A stretch of 64,000 nucleotides of DNA, taken from the NCBI RefSeq assembly GCF_009914755.1, contig NC_060944.1, one strand, 5' to 3'. Under the pieces are notes generated by a model. That model did no database searches. It had not been told where the DNA came from and saw only the letters and a program-made list of their open reading frames with translations. The number at the start of each line of letters is the position of its first letter. Within the stretch, counting starts at the first letter, position 1. The DNA is from the human T2T-CHM13v2.0 reference genome, Homo sapiens. A program made the translations under genes and the position numbers. This document shows, one piece after another, positions 27,312-41,264 of the stretch.

Positions 27312-27824
27312 ATAGGGTTTGGGCTCTGTGATGTGGAGGGATAAATGGGAGGATTCTGGCTGAGAGAGGAGGAAGAGGAAGCCAGAATGACAGGCCCAAG
27401 AGGAGGGCCACCACCCAGGGAATGCTGGAGAAGCCAATGGAGAGAAGCAATGAGAGCCTGACCATGGGAGGCAGCTTCTTGCCACCACTGCCCAGCCTGC
27501 ACCTGTGGACTGTCTGTGTTCAGCTGAAGGAGTCAGAGATGTTGACAAGCATATGTGGGACCCCTGCTCCAGTGCAGTGCTGGGAAAAGCATTTCCCTAA
27601 AAGCCACAGTGGTGCACCAGGTGGCACCTGGCTGTGATCACTGAAAGCACTCTCACCAGCTGGGCTTTCAGCCAAGGTCAGGACTTTGCACCACCCCTTC
27701 ACACATGCCCCAAGGCCATGTCCCAGCAATGCCCTCAGGACCACTGTAAAGGAAGCACAGTGAATATAAAAGGAATTGTGTGACATCTAGAAGGATGTGT
27801 GGGTGCTATATTGGGCATAAGAAA

Positions 27825-28013
27825 GTCAGGTTTGAATGGTGCCCTCTCTAAAACCTAAAGCCATCTGCAAGTCAGAGAGAGAGGCCCTAAGAGAAACCAA
27901 CCCTGCTGACAGCGGGATCTTGAACTTTCAGTCTCCAAAATGATGAGAAATGAATTTCTGTGGGGTAAGCCACTCCCTCTGTGGTATTCTGTTATGACAG
28001 CCTTAGGACACAT
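27825..28013 (+). mobile_element. Internally deleted MLT1B/C-like LTR
   Basis: GCCATCTGCAAG...GAAACCAACCCTGCTGACA...TGTGGTATTCTGTTATGACAGCC is the MLT1B/C 3' half. Confidence 0.7.
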
Positions 28014-28506
28014 GTGCCAGCCTTCCTTGGCAGCACGTTCAGACACTGTCAGAAGGAAACCCATGGTACTATCTCAGGGCTCCACAGTAACCTGCACCAC
28101 TTTACATATATGAGCCACCAGCCCTTCTCATTCCCAGAAGTCAGACTGTAACAGGATGCCCCACCACACCTCTGCCCTGCCATCCACAGAGTTGAGCTCA
28201 GGGAGTCAGAGAGGTTGACAAGCGTATGTGGGACCCTTGCTCCAAGGCAGTGCTGGGAAACGCAGTTCCCTAAAAGCTGCAGAGAATAAATGGGATCTCC
28301 GAGGAATGACCTCCCCTTTTTCTTGACTTCTTGCATGACCGGACCGATGTTTCTTCACATCTAGCAGATCTGGCAGACACATCCCTGTGGCTGACTTCTC
28401 TCCCCAGGGCAGGCCTGAGGTCTTCTGCCTGCTCCTCCTGTTCTTGCACCCCCCTCCTCATCCCAGAGACCCTTCAGTGACTGGTTCAGTACTCACGCAC
28501 AAGTAG

Positions 28507-28881
<375 letters not shown>

Positions 28882-30843
28882 CTCAGCACAGATTTTAATA
28901 CATGGCAGGCACAGATTAATATATGTGCAACATATATATTAACATATATGTTAAGTTAGTAAATACTTGTTCATTCAACAAAAATGATTGATGCAGAGAG
29001 AGACTAAAAATGACCTGGAGATAGTACAGAGAGGTGGTTAGAAATAGAATCCCAAACCTCAGCTTCCTCATCAGAGACATGAGCTTAACAATAGTATATA
29101 CACCCCTCAGGGCTATGTGAACATTAACGATAATATACACAAAGTGTTTAGCCCGGGGGCTGAAATATAATAAGTCCCTAAATGTGATTTATTACATGGT
29201 CATGACTTTCTTTCCCAGGGCAAGAGTTGGGTGATTTTTTTTTCTCCCTTCTCCTTCATCTATACCTAAACTAGGCTCAGCACAAAAGGGTGAACATTGA
29301 AAGTGTGGGTAAATATTCATTAAATGTATATTGAAGTTATCAAATCATTGAGCAAGCAAAAACATCCACTTCTGAAACAGTCTGTTGTATTTCTAGGACA
29401 CACGTGGGTACTGACATTCAGCAAGCCTTCACGTAACTGCTGAATAGATGAAGAGAAATGGAGAAGAAAAGGTGAAAACTGTAGAAAAGGAGATGAAGCG
29501 AAGTTCCTAGAATTTATTTCAGTCATGTATGTGGATCTCTATTGGCTTTGTCCCTCTTTTCAGGTAATAATATCCCCATTTTCCTCAGACAGCCACTCTT
29601 TCCCATTGTCAGTCCAGGAAGTTTGGGCAGGGTGGACTCTATCTACAGCTGGGAGAAGAGGGAATTGTGTCAATCAGCATGATCCCGTCCCACTGGCCAT
29701 GACTTGTTCAGGCTGTATCCATGAGCTAAGTTCACCCAACTACAGTGAATCCCTACAACTTGTGGGTGCCCCTTAGAAGAAAAACTGCTTCTCTTGCTGA
29801 AAATGAACCAGAAAATGTGTAAACCTGGGGATAGAGCCTGAAATTGTTTGGGGCCACCACAAGAGGGGTCCTGACTGAGGCTAAAGCTGTAATATGCAAT
29901 CAGAGTGAAGAAGTGGCTATAATTTAAGCCCTGGATCTAGCCTTACCTGAAGCCATAACCTCATGGACTTTTTAGTTTCTTAAACCAACTTTTTTTTTAT
30001 TATTACACCAGTTTTATTTGGCTTTCTATCACCTGCAATTGAAATGATATTAATAGTTCACTGCTAAATTATCTTTGGTGCAAAGTAGGGTACAAAACAA
30101 AGAAAGTCAAAACCACAAATGATCAATTCCTAATTATGCAGAATAGCCACCATTTCTGAATACCTACTACATGACAAGCTCCAGGCCAGGCCTTGGCATA
30201 CCCTGGCATTATTCCTTGAAACAGCCCTGCAAGGCCCGTATCATAAAACTTCTGGCTATCCAATAAATCATATGATCCCTTTTGAAAAAAGTAAGATAAA
30301 TAAAACATCCAAATTCCCAATACCCAACTCCTTTTCTTGGTCTTTTAAAATGAATTTTGTGTCTCGGTTACCATTCTTTGTGTCAGGGGGAAGAAAAATA
30401 CACATACAAGAGAAACTCCACATAAATCAATCTTTATTCCATTTCAAAGCCTGCAAGATTTTCCAGATATTCCAAAGGTCTCCTTCCCTGAGTGAAATAC
30501 TACATTTATTTAATAAAGCAGGTAGGATTTACTATCTGGGCACGGGTAAGCACTTTTTACTTCTCACAAGATAGATGACAGCTGCTGGCAGGCTTTTTCT
30601 TCCCTCCTTTTTGCTTTTTTTTTTTTCCCTGCTCTCTTTTGCTATGACTGCACAACTTTACCCATCACAACTGAATTACCAAACTGAGCCAAAGAAAGAT
30701 TGTCCCCATGAGAGTGCCATGTAGGTTTCAGGCTTTATTTTCTTTTAAAGACAGCTTTAAAGAATTAGAAATAAATGTTATCAACTGTGGTTTTAAATGG
30801 TGCTGACTTACTGCTTTTGGTGAGCTGTAACACTGCTCCTCCC

Positions 30844-30845
<2 letters not shown>

Positions 30846-30880
<35 letters not shown>

Positions 30881-30925
30881 ACACACACACACACTCTGTC
30901 TCTCTTTCTCTCTCTCTCTCTCTCC

Positions 30926-30957
<32 letters not shown>
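30846..30957. repeat. Compound (CA)n-(CT)n microsatellite
   Basis: Directly visible. Confidence 0.95.
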
Positions 30958-30961
<4 letters not shown>

Positions 30962-32411
30962 TGAACTCCCTGGGGACAGGAGGTGGGAAACGAGCTGGTG
31001 GGGAAACTAAGTTCTACAAGCATCCCCGGCCTAGATTCACCAGGGAAAGACAAAAGCTAAGTCAGTAGATTTCTGTCCCTTGGCTTAAAAGGAGTTAAGG
31101 AGCCAGCGCTTTAAATAGAGTCAGCCTGTGGAGGAGAGAAAACAGCTGGGAGAGGAAGAAAAGTGGTTTGTTTTCATTTGCTGCCAGCGGGACAGAAGGT
31201 GAGGGTTTCTCTCTCGACATTTTCACCCATAAGTTGGGCAGCAAGCCAGCCTGCTCTTTGGCTGAAAAACTCCAATTAAAAATGTATGACTTCGGTCTTC
31301 TGGAGAGGATGGGCAAAAAGTCAACTCTGGGCTGTACAAACACTTGAGGCAGCAGAAGTGAATTGAGGAATCTCATTCCCTCCCTTGCCAACCCACTGTC
31401 TGGGAAATAATGCCCACTGATTCTGGGCAGAGAGTGAGAAAGCTCCAAAGTCACATTCCACGGCCCTTACCAATGCATGTGGTTTCATCTTGAGCCCCCA
31501 AACTGTGATTTCAGAATAGGTTGCTCCAACCTAAAGTGCAGAATAGGTTACTTTTATGCACACATATATACAAACATGCACAAGCATGAAAACACATACA
31601 TGAACACACACATGTGAACACACACAGCTCGATGTTTTTCAGCAGCAGTCCTCTTCTTGCCATTGGTCATGACTCGTCAGAGTATCTGTAGGGGTTTCCT
31701 TCATCTCCTTAGGTCTGCTTGCACTTTAGGTGACTCTGGGCAGTGACTGAATCAGTCTTGTTCATCTCTGTATCCCCAGCACTCAGTGGACTGTGATGAC
31801 TATTACATTTGTTGAATGAAAGGGTAGATGGATGCACAGGGGGCAAAATATTCAATTCTTTATTCCTTTTGCTCTGATGAATGTTTAACATTATTCAGAA
31901 GCTTCCCTCTCATCCTGAAGATTCCTTTTCCACAAAGCATTAGTGACAAGAGGAGAATTTTCCTAGTGATTTTATAAAGGGAAGAGGTATTTGAAATAGA
32001 TGTTCTTCCCCATCTCCCTTTGCCACCACAGAGCCTCTCTTCAGATGTTCTTGCCTCCAGCAAGGGGCCATGCTTCCTACCCTCTACTCTGTTATACTGA
32101 GAAATTTCACTCTGCACCCAAAGTTGCATTTTGGCTTCCATTAAAACAGAAGAACCTGCAGTAGCAAGGACCTTAAAGTAGTTTATGGACCACTGGCTAC
32201 CTTTTGAATCTAATTCCTCACGCCGGTGGCTTATCCAAACTATTTCTTTCAAACATCCAGAGTTTTGTCCCTAAGTGAGGTTCTGTTAGATGAAATTGGT
32301 TGGTAAGTTCTAAGTTTTAATGTTCCAGCTCAGCATCCCTAAAGTGTAAGAGTGTCTTTGATTACCTTTGTTAACCTAGAGTCTTGAAACTGACTAACCC
32401 TCTTTTTAAGA

Positions 32412-32748
<337 letters not shown>

Positions 32749-32854
32749 TAATCAGAATTTTCTTTTGATGTTTTACCTTGGATGTAGACAGTTTTCTAAA
32801 ATGTCTCCTTTTGTTTTAGTTTGTCCTTATTAATCAATAAATCTTTACTTATTA

Positions 32855-33843
32855 ATAGCCCCCAGGGATCTCTACCTACTGGTATTCTCTTGTGTAACCT
32901 CATCCTTACAGTGAGGGCTGGAACTGGTGACTTGTTTCCAGTGGAAAAGTATGGCAACAATGAAGGGCTGCCACTTCAGAGACCAGGTTGTAAAGACTCA
33001 TTTCCATCTTGCTTGACATTCTGTTGCTATTTCGGCATGCACATTTTTTACTTCAATAATGTTTGAATTACAGATGGTTTTTGGTTACATAGATAAGTTC
33101 TCTAGTGGAGATTTCTGAGATTTTAGTGCACCTGTCACCTGAGCAGTGTACACTGTACCCAATACATAGTCTTTTATCCCTCACCCTCCCCAACCTTCCT
33201 GAGTCCCCAAAGTTCATTATATCACTCATGCCTTTGTGTCCTCATAACTTAGCTTCCACTAATAAGTGAGAACGTTATCATATTTGGTTTTCCCTTCCTG
33301 GGTTACTTCACTTAGCATAATGGCCTCCAGCTCCATCCAAGTTGCTGCAAAAGGACATTATTTCAATCCTTTTTATGGCTGAGTAGTATTCCATGGTGTT
33401 TAGATACCACATTTTCTTTATCTACTCATTGATCAATGGGCTCTTAGTCTGGTTCCACATCTTTGCAATTGTCAGCACGCACATTTTGATGAGGCCAACT
33501 GCCCTGTTGAAGAGATGGTAAAGAAGTGTAGGTGGCTTACAGTCAGCCATCTGGAAAGAACTGAGGCTGTCAGTCCATAAACCCTCAAGGCAATGAATCC
33601 TTCCAGTAAACACTCAAGTGAGCATGGAGGTTAATTCTCACCCAGTGGAGCCTTCAGATGAGACCATGGCCTTAGCTGACACCTTAATTACAGCCTTGTG
33701 AGAGACCTTGAGCCTGAGGTACACAGCTAAACTATCCTCATATTCCTGGCTCAGAGAAACTGTCAGATTTTTTTCAAAACTGTGTTGTTTGAAGCCACTA
33801 AGTTTTAGAGTAATTTGGTATGTGGCAATAGGTAACTAATTCA
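32855..33843 (+). mobile_element. MLT1F-like MaLR LTR split by an L1 fragment
   Basis: MLT1 body motifs on both sides of the L1; 3' end GAAGCCACTAAGTTTTAGAGTAATTTGGTATGTGGCAATAGGTAACTAAT. Confidence 0.7.
33045..33472 (-). mobile_element. L1PB/L1MA-type LINE 3' end
   Basis: Antisense L1 3' UTR and ORF2 end (TTTTTATGGCTGAGTAGTATTCCATGG; minus ORF ...TIAKMWNQTKSP). Confidence 0.85.
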
Positions 33844-34479
33844 TCACCCCCATATCTGGCTCACCAGTAGCCTAACTAGAAATGCTTGACTTCTACTCTG
33901 TTGATGGCTTTATCACTTATAATTAAAAGTCAAAAAAAAAAGTATCTTTCTCCTTATCTCACTTAGTCATTCTGAACAACACACATGTAGAAATTTAATG
34001 CCACAAAATGAATCACTGGTAACTTCCATAAAGTTTACAGTATCTTACTGAAGTTCTGAGAAGCCCAAAACAAAAAAGATCAATGATTTCTGAATTATCT
34101 GTGAAGGCTTTATGTACACCCTTATTTTTCCAGATTTTATTTAAGCTGCTAGTCTTTCCTAACCAAGTTGCTGAGGTCCTTATGGAAGGCCACTGCCTCT
34201 CCTACAAGATTATACTAGTAGGTGGAGATCCCTTTCTCCAAGTAGTCCGTCTGCCTGAATCACTTTCACTTCTTACAAATAAATGGAAACCTTCATCCCC
34301 CAAGAAATTTGCACGATTAAGGTTTTGAGGAGCCATGTCTTATGGAAAGAACCTACTTTGGGAATCCATTTATCGATCGCTATATTGATCAGCTCCAAAG
34401 CAGCCATACAAAGCTAGCCCCTCGATATTTCAGTTTCTAATCTTAGGAAAGGAGTTCTTCCTGAATTCTTCACGTAACA

Positions 34480-34897
34480 CCATGGTGGATACTAAAATGA
34501 ACCACCCAGACCTCCCACCCTCTTCAGGGAAGGGCTTGTTTCTCAGCTGCAGAGAATTCATGAACATCCGACTCCAGCTGTCAGCTCCTTCAGGGTCTTC
34601 CTCTTCCCAAGGCCATACTCTTCCTAGGGCAACCTGCATTTGGTAGCTGAGCAAGGTGGAGTAGAAAGTATAGGAGGCCTGGCCATTTGGCTAAAATGCA
34701 AAACATTCTGAGGGGCCATATTTGCTCCAGAGCCCACCACTGGAGTAAAAGAAGCTTTGTTGACTTGCATCTCAGTTTGGCTTTTCCTTCTGCCCATTCT
34801 TGCTTCCTCTCCCTTCCTTTCCACATGTTGATCTCTCAAATCTTTCATATCCCCAACTCTGTCTCAGCATCCACTTCCTGAGATCCAAGTTGTGACA
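34480..34897 (+). mobile_element. LTR16-like ERVL solo LTR
   Basis: Body motifs (CTGTCAGCTCCTTCAGGG, CCTTCTGCCCATTCTTGCTTCCTC, CTCTGTCTCAGCATCCACTTCCTG) resemble LTR16. Confidence 0.55.
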
Positions 34898-35202
34898 TCA
34901 CTGTTACAGAACCTCTATTTAAAATTTGATTTAGGATAAAATGTGAAAATGCCTAGCAGTGTTTGCTTCTATTTGTTTCCACCTATGCGGTTCTGTCTCC
35001 AATTTTCTGGCCTTACTTTACCTCTTCAAGGTGATGACATCCATCGGAGCAGGGACTACTACTCCTAGCTTCTTGCAACTCAAAGTATGGTCTAAGAATT
35101 AACAACATTGGTGTTAGTCAGTGGATTTTGTTGGTGACGGTGAATCTCAGACCTCACTACAGAACAACTGAGCCAGAATCTGAATTTTGGCTGGGACACA
35201 TC

Positions 35203-35610
35203 TGATATGGTTTGACTCTGTGTCCCCACCCAAATCTCATCTCCTATTGCAAATCCCACCTGTTGAGGGAGGCATCTGGTGAGAGGTGGTTGGATCATGG
35301 GGGCATTTTCCCCCATGCTGTTCTTGAGATAGTGAGGGAGCTCTCAGGAGTTCTGATGGTTTGAAAGTGTGGTACTTCCCACTTTGTACTCTGTCTCTTT
35401 CTCTGTCTGTCTGTCTCTCTCTCGCTCTCTCTCTCTCTCTCCTGTTGCCTTGTGAAGAATATGCCTGCTTCCCCTTCACCTTCCACCATGATTGTAAGTT
35501 TTCTGAGGCCTCTCCAGCCATGCAGAACTGTGAGACAATTAAATCTCTTGTTTATAAATTACCGAGTCCCAGGTAGTATCTTTATAGCAGTGTGAGAACA
35601 GACTAACACA
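35203..35610 (+). mobile_element. THE1D/MSTA-like MaLR solo LTR with an internal (TC)n expansion
   Basis: TGATATGG...CTAACACA termini with perfect 5-bp TSD ACATC. Confidence 0.9.
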
Positions 35611-36520
35611 ACATCCAAGTTAATAAGCACTGTTCTAGTAATCAGTAGCTCCCCACAACTGCTAGTATCACCTAAGCATATGAGAAGGGCTAGACCCATC
35701 CCTGTTGACTGAGTGAACATGGCTTATATGTGGGATAAGAAAGCTTGAGGAAAAGAACAAAGCCTCCTGGTTCTACCCTTATTGATTAGAAAATGTAAAT
35801 ATTTGATTTTGGAGAAAAGGTATGATACACAAAGAAAGGTGACCAGCACGGCCCAACTAGTGATCGAGGCAGTAGTCCTGGAGCAGTTTCTCATTCAAGC
35901 ACAACTTCCCTGTCCCACCCACCAGCCTGGGTTTTCCTACTATCAGACAGGCCTTTTCATGTTCATCTGTTGCCATGGCTCCTTCAAATGTTGGTTGCAC
36001 AAATAAGTGAATACATGAAAGAACCCTGAGATGATGAGACTTAAAGCTAAAGAGGTTGGCCAAATAAGCCAGGAGCATAAGGTGTGACTGTTTGGCCTTT
36101 GAGCCAAGTCACATGAATGACGATTTTGGCATTTATCACTCAGGCACAGCAAGGAGACAGAGACAGCCTTCAAAGAAGGATTTTAATGAACTGGCGGTAC
36201 TTCATCATTTTGATAATCACAGAAATTAGAGGAGGAAATGAGAGGCTTGGCAGGTCATCTAGTCTCTCACGTGCCTGTACTGAACAGGTCTCTAGTGTAT
36301 CTTTTGTAAGGTTTTATGGCACTCCCTAGTCGAAATGTTCTTTGTGCCTAGAGATAAGTGGGCGTCAGTTCACCCTTGTTCATTTGCTCCTCTCTCCTAC
36401 AAAGGTCACAGTTCAAATTCTGCTCTTCTCATCTGTGAACTATTTCTTGCAGGCAGAAGTCAAGTGTAACTCTAAAATAAGATTCCCTATTTGTTTTTGT
36501 TTCAAGAAATAGTCACTGGG

Positions 36521-36842
<322 letters not shown>

Positions 36843-37325
36843 TCATTGGGATTGGATAGGGCATGCAGCAGCAGCAACAGAATCTCAATCTCAATGCTGG
36901 ACAGATCAGATGTTTCTTGCTCACACTTCCTGCCCAACACAAGTCAGCAGGGAAGACTATGTTTACCATCACTCAGATCCCCAGACTGATGAAGAATATT
37001 TTAGTATGTCCTTCTATGGTCACCAGAAGAAAGAGATGGGAACAAGGCAAACTGCCCACGTGTCTTCCTGGAAGCGGCACACCGTGCTTCCGTTTTCATT
37101 TTATTGGCGTATCGTTTAGTCATAATTTATCATATGACCTATCTGTGTTCCTGGGAGGCAGAGAACCGGAAGTATTTGGTGAATAGCATGAATGATTTCC
37201 ATGAGAAAAAAATCTACTACAAATGCCAGATGTCAACCTCATCTCAAAGGCCACCTAATAAGAACATGACTCTGTAAAAGTGGCCAAATGGCTTTAACAT
37301 ACCGTCCCTTCAATTGTATTGACTC

Positions 37326-37762
37326 CTATGATTATTAATTTTATGTGTCAACTTGGATGCCCAGATATCTGGTTAAACATTATTTCTGGGTGTGCTTGTG
37401 AGGGTGTTTCTAGAAGAGATTAGCATTTGGATTGGTGGTCAGAGTAGAGCAGATGGCCCTCTGCCATGTGGGTGGGCCTCATCCAATCCATTCAGGGCCT
37501 GAACAAAACAAAAAGGTAAAGGAAGGTTGAATTCACTCACTGATCTTCCTCTGCCCTCTGTGCTCCTGTTCAAGTTTTTACACTCAGACTGGAATCTACA
37601 TCATCAGCTCTCCAGCTCTCAGGGCCTTCTAACTACACCACCAGCTTCCCAGGTCTCCAGACTGCAGATATGAGACTTTTCAGCCTCCATAATCATATGT
37701 GCCAATATCTTACAATAAGTAAATCTCTTGATATGTTTCTCTGGAGAATCCTGACAGATATA
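37326..37762 (+). mobile_element. MLT2-type (ERVL) LTR
   Basis: TTAATTTTATGTGTCAACTTG...ATCTGGTTAAACATTATTTCTGGGTGTG...TTTCTCTGGAGAATCCTGAC is the MLT2 signature. Confidence 0.85.
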
Positions 37763-38379
37763 ACCACCTATTATATCAGGATATGCAGTGACAAGAAAAA
37801 CAAGGCCACTTGATGGTGAAGGTTATATTTAAAAGGGGGAGATAGACAAAAGAAAGCCAAGTCAATAGATAAATAAGCCAGATAATAGAAGCTTTATGAG
37901 GTTTTATGAGACTTAAAGCTAAAGAGGTTGGTCAAATAAGCCAGCAGCATGAGTTGTGACCATTTGGCCTCTGAACCAAGTCACACGAACAATGATTTAG
38001 GCATTTATCACTCAGACACAGCAAGGAGACTGAGACAAGCAAGGTAGGGGTGTAGGGGTTGTGAGCATGGGTGTGTGTGATGGGTCACTGTATTGTTGGT
38101 GCCCAAGCAGGGTGAGGAAGGCATCCACATGGACAAGAAGCATACCTTGAGATGTTGAAGCCCAAGGGTGGGGAGAATGTTCACATGGGGGGAAGCAACT
38201 CCATGCCAGGTGTAGAGTCCGAGTGGGGTAGCAAAGACTTCCACACTGGTGTGGGGAGTTGGGGGGACAGCCCAGCATGAGACGTCAGATTCTGAGTAAA
38301 GTAAGGAAGCCATCCACACAGGGGAATAGGCAGTAGAAGCAGCAGGAGACTGGTTAGATCCAGGAATCATCAATAAGTA

Positions 38380-39570
38380 AATTAAGAACCATGATAGCCA
38401 AGTTTTTCATTCTCAGTGAAGTGAGATACAGCTATGCAAAGGGAGAAAATGAAAATAAAACCTGTGTTGTTTGACTGGAATTGAAGGTTATCACAATAAA
38501 TTCATACTTTCTGATAGATACATCGATGTGTTATAAATGTTTATGTTCTGCATATGCTTGTCTTCTGAGAATGCTTAGCAACATCAATACCAGTAGCAGT
38601 AAGCACACCTAGCTCCCAGGTCTTGGCCTCTAAATACCGATACCTACTAAAACACAAACAAAAACAAAACAAACAAAAAAACAGAGCCTTGGAGATGGCT
38701 CTTTCTCATGCTGGGGAAGAAAAGGTACAAGCTGAGCCTAGAACATTGGGCAGAAAAGCAACAAAGTGCTCAAAAAATGATGGAAACATGTTTTAAAAAA
38801 CATGACCAAACACAAGACAATTTTAGCATTCAAGTAAATAATGACAGCAATGGATTAAAACTCAATGAATAAACTCAAAAACCAGAAGTCCATACAGGCA
38901 CAAAAAAATAGATCTGTGAGAGTATTTCATGGGATAGTCACATAATCACAAATCTTCCTCCCACAAAATACCTCTTAATTCTAAAAGGATCAAGAGTTAA
39001 GTATCGTGAACCAGCCTGGTAGGCATCACTTTAATCTAATGATCACAGGGAACATTATCAGTAATGGAGACACATTTAAGTTGTGTGCCACCTGCTAGGA
39101 TGCAAGCCAGCATTACTTCTGTTACAACCCTGGCAAAGACAAATAACCTGAATCCAATCATAGCAAAACATCCAAAGCGAGGGATATAGTACAAAATAAA
39201 ACCCTGGCCTGAAGCTCTCAAAAATGTCAAGGTCACAAGTGTCAGTCAAAGACAGAGAAAATGTCCTGGACTGAAGGAATCTGAGAGGCATGACAACAGA
39301 ATGCAGCCCATGATTTGACCTAGAGCCTTTTGCTATAAAGGACATTATTAGGACAATTAGTAAAATTGGAATCAAGTCTGAGAACTAGACGGTAGTAATG
39401 CATCAATGTAAATTTCCTTTTATTTGTGGTTGCATCATAGCTCTGTAGATGAACCTTCTTGTTTGTAAGAAATACATACTAAAGTTGGAGAATGAGGGGC
39501 CACACCTTCAAATGATTCAGGAAAAAAATACAGCACTATAAGTGAAATTTTTATCAGATTTTTATGCCTT
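38380..39570 (+). mobile_element. L1MC4-like LINE 3' region
   Basis: Motifs such as AAGCACACCTAGCTCCCAG, CCTGAATCCAATCAT and GGACATTATTAGGACAATTAGTAAAATT; boundaries approximate. Confidence 0.7.
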
Positions 39571-40927
39571 CAAAATAACAAAAGAAATAAAAGTTATACT
39601 AAAAAAGATAATATATTAATGATGTATTAACAGAACAAGAAAAGTTACAGAGCTGAAAGTATGGCCACAGTTTTGTTTCTGTCTTGAATTATTATCTAAA
39701 ATTCACTATCATGAACAGGTATTCCAATTGTGATTAGAAAGTGGTGCAAAAGAGGTTAATTGGCTTGTTTGTTTTCAGTGAATTTTTGGGTTCTCCCAGC
39801 ATCTTGATTCTTCAGCCACAGGCTTGAAGAGCTTCACACAGCTCCACACAGCCAACAAGATTAGGACAGGGTAACCCATGGGAAAGAATGTGACTCTGCA
39901 CATCTTAGGGTATTGGGTTCGCCTAATTTTGCCTGTTTCCCAGAAGGCATCTTGAGAATCCCCCAAGAGGAAGCTCTCGCGACACTTAACCTCACGATGA
40001 GCAGGTTGCTGCATATATTGCCAGCATTAATCACTGGCAGCCCAGACTGACTTTCCTGGCCATCCTCGGGGCAATTTAAGGCTTGAATGTGTTCAGCAAG
40101 AACTTCTAGCAGGTCAGAAGCCAGAAGGTTGGGTACCTCTCAGGGCCTCCAGTCTGTTCGCCAGGGCCGAGGACTAGGAACTGTTAACAAGCCTCCTCAC
40201 TTGTCCCAACACTCGTGATCAGACAGGTGGGCTGGGGAGAAGCATTTGGCTGAGCTTCCAAATGTGCAGCAGGTGCTCTCTGGTGCTTACCCATCAGTAA
40301 ATCCATAAGCACCAAGAGGCTTTTATTGACAACACTGTGGCAAGTGCTTAATCATTCCTATGTGGAATTTGAAGCAGATTTTTAAAATGAATTTTAAATG
40401 AAAAAGTCAAATTCTTGTTTGGGACTGAATAATGGCAATATTTGAAAATGCACTCGAGAACATCTCTAGTGTCTACCTAGCTGGTCTCTGAAGTTATCTG
40501 GAGAAACCGCAAACTAGGACAGATTTAAGGGCCCAGACCCCCACCCTATGGACCCAGCAAGTCAGCAAGCCCACGGGAATCGGCAGGAAAAGCGAGAATA
40601 ACCTTTCTGCTTTTGACCCACACATGGCAGTACTGTTTGCAATTTTTAAAGCATACATTAATTTGTTAATTCAGAAAACATAAGGAGGTAAAAGTAAACT
40701 ATCATGAAAATTGTTCCAACAGATGTGACTCTTTAGGTTGGAAATTTAAAGAGCAACCTCATGCTCAGACTCACCTGTTTGGCTCAAACTTGGTGGCTGT
40801 ATTAAAAAGACAATGAGCAAGGAAAAGCCGATCATTCCCAATTATAATATTTAAAACAATCTTCTTCACATCGGCGTGGCGCTTTATAGTTTGCAAAGCC
40901 CCAGCATGTATTTTGACTTAAATAGTA

Positions 40928-41117
40928 ATTCTCAAACAGTAGTATAGAAACCACTAATATGAGAATCATCCATGGTGCTGGGAAAAAAATGCAGATTTCC
41001 TGGGACCCACCCTAGGCTTATAGAAGCAGAAATTCTGGGGATAGGAAAAGACATTAATAACATCTTTAAGGAGCACCCCAGATGATTCTTAAGTACAGTG
41101 GAGTTTAAAAACAACTG
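40928..41117. mobile_element. MER5-type hAT MITE
   Basis: ATTCTCAAA...AATGCAGATTTCCTGGGACCCACCC...GATGATTCT...GTTTAAAAACAACTG. Confidence 0.7.
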
Positions 41118-41134
41118 AGGAACATTTAAAAAAA

Positions 41135-41264
41135 TTTTTTTTTTGTAGAGATGGGGTTCTTACTATGTTGCCCAGGCTGGTTTCAAACTCCTGGCCTCAA
41201 GCAATCCTCCTTCCTTTGCCTCCCAAAGTATTGAGATTACAGGCTTGGGCCATCACAGTGGCCT
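41135..41264 (-). mobile_element. FLAM (Alu monomer)
   Basis: Reverse Alu left monomer. Confidence 0.8.

Noticed and set aside
28939-28954. 16-bp perfect palindrome TTAACATATATGTTAA
   Set aside because: Lies in AT-dinucleotide-rich low-complexity sequence, where such palindromes arise readily.
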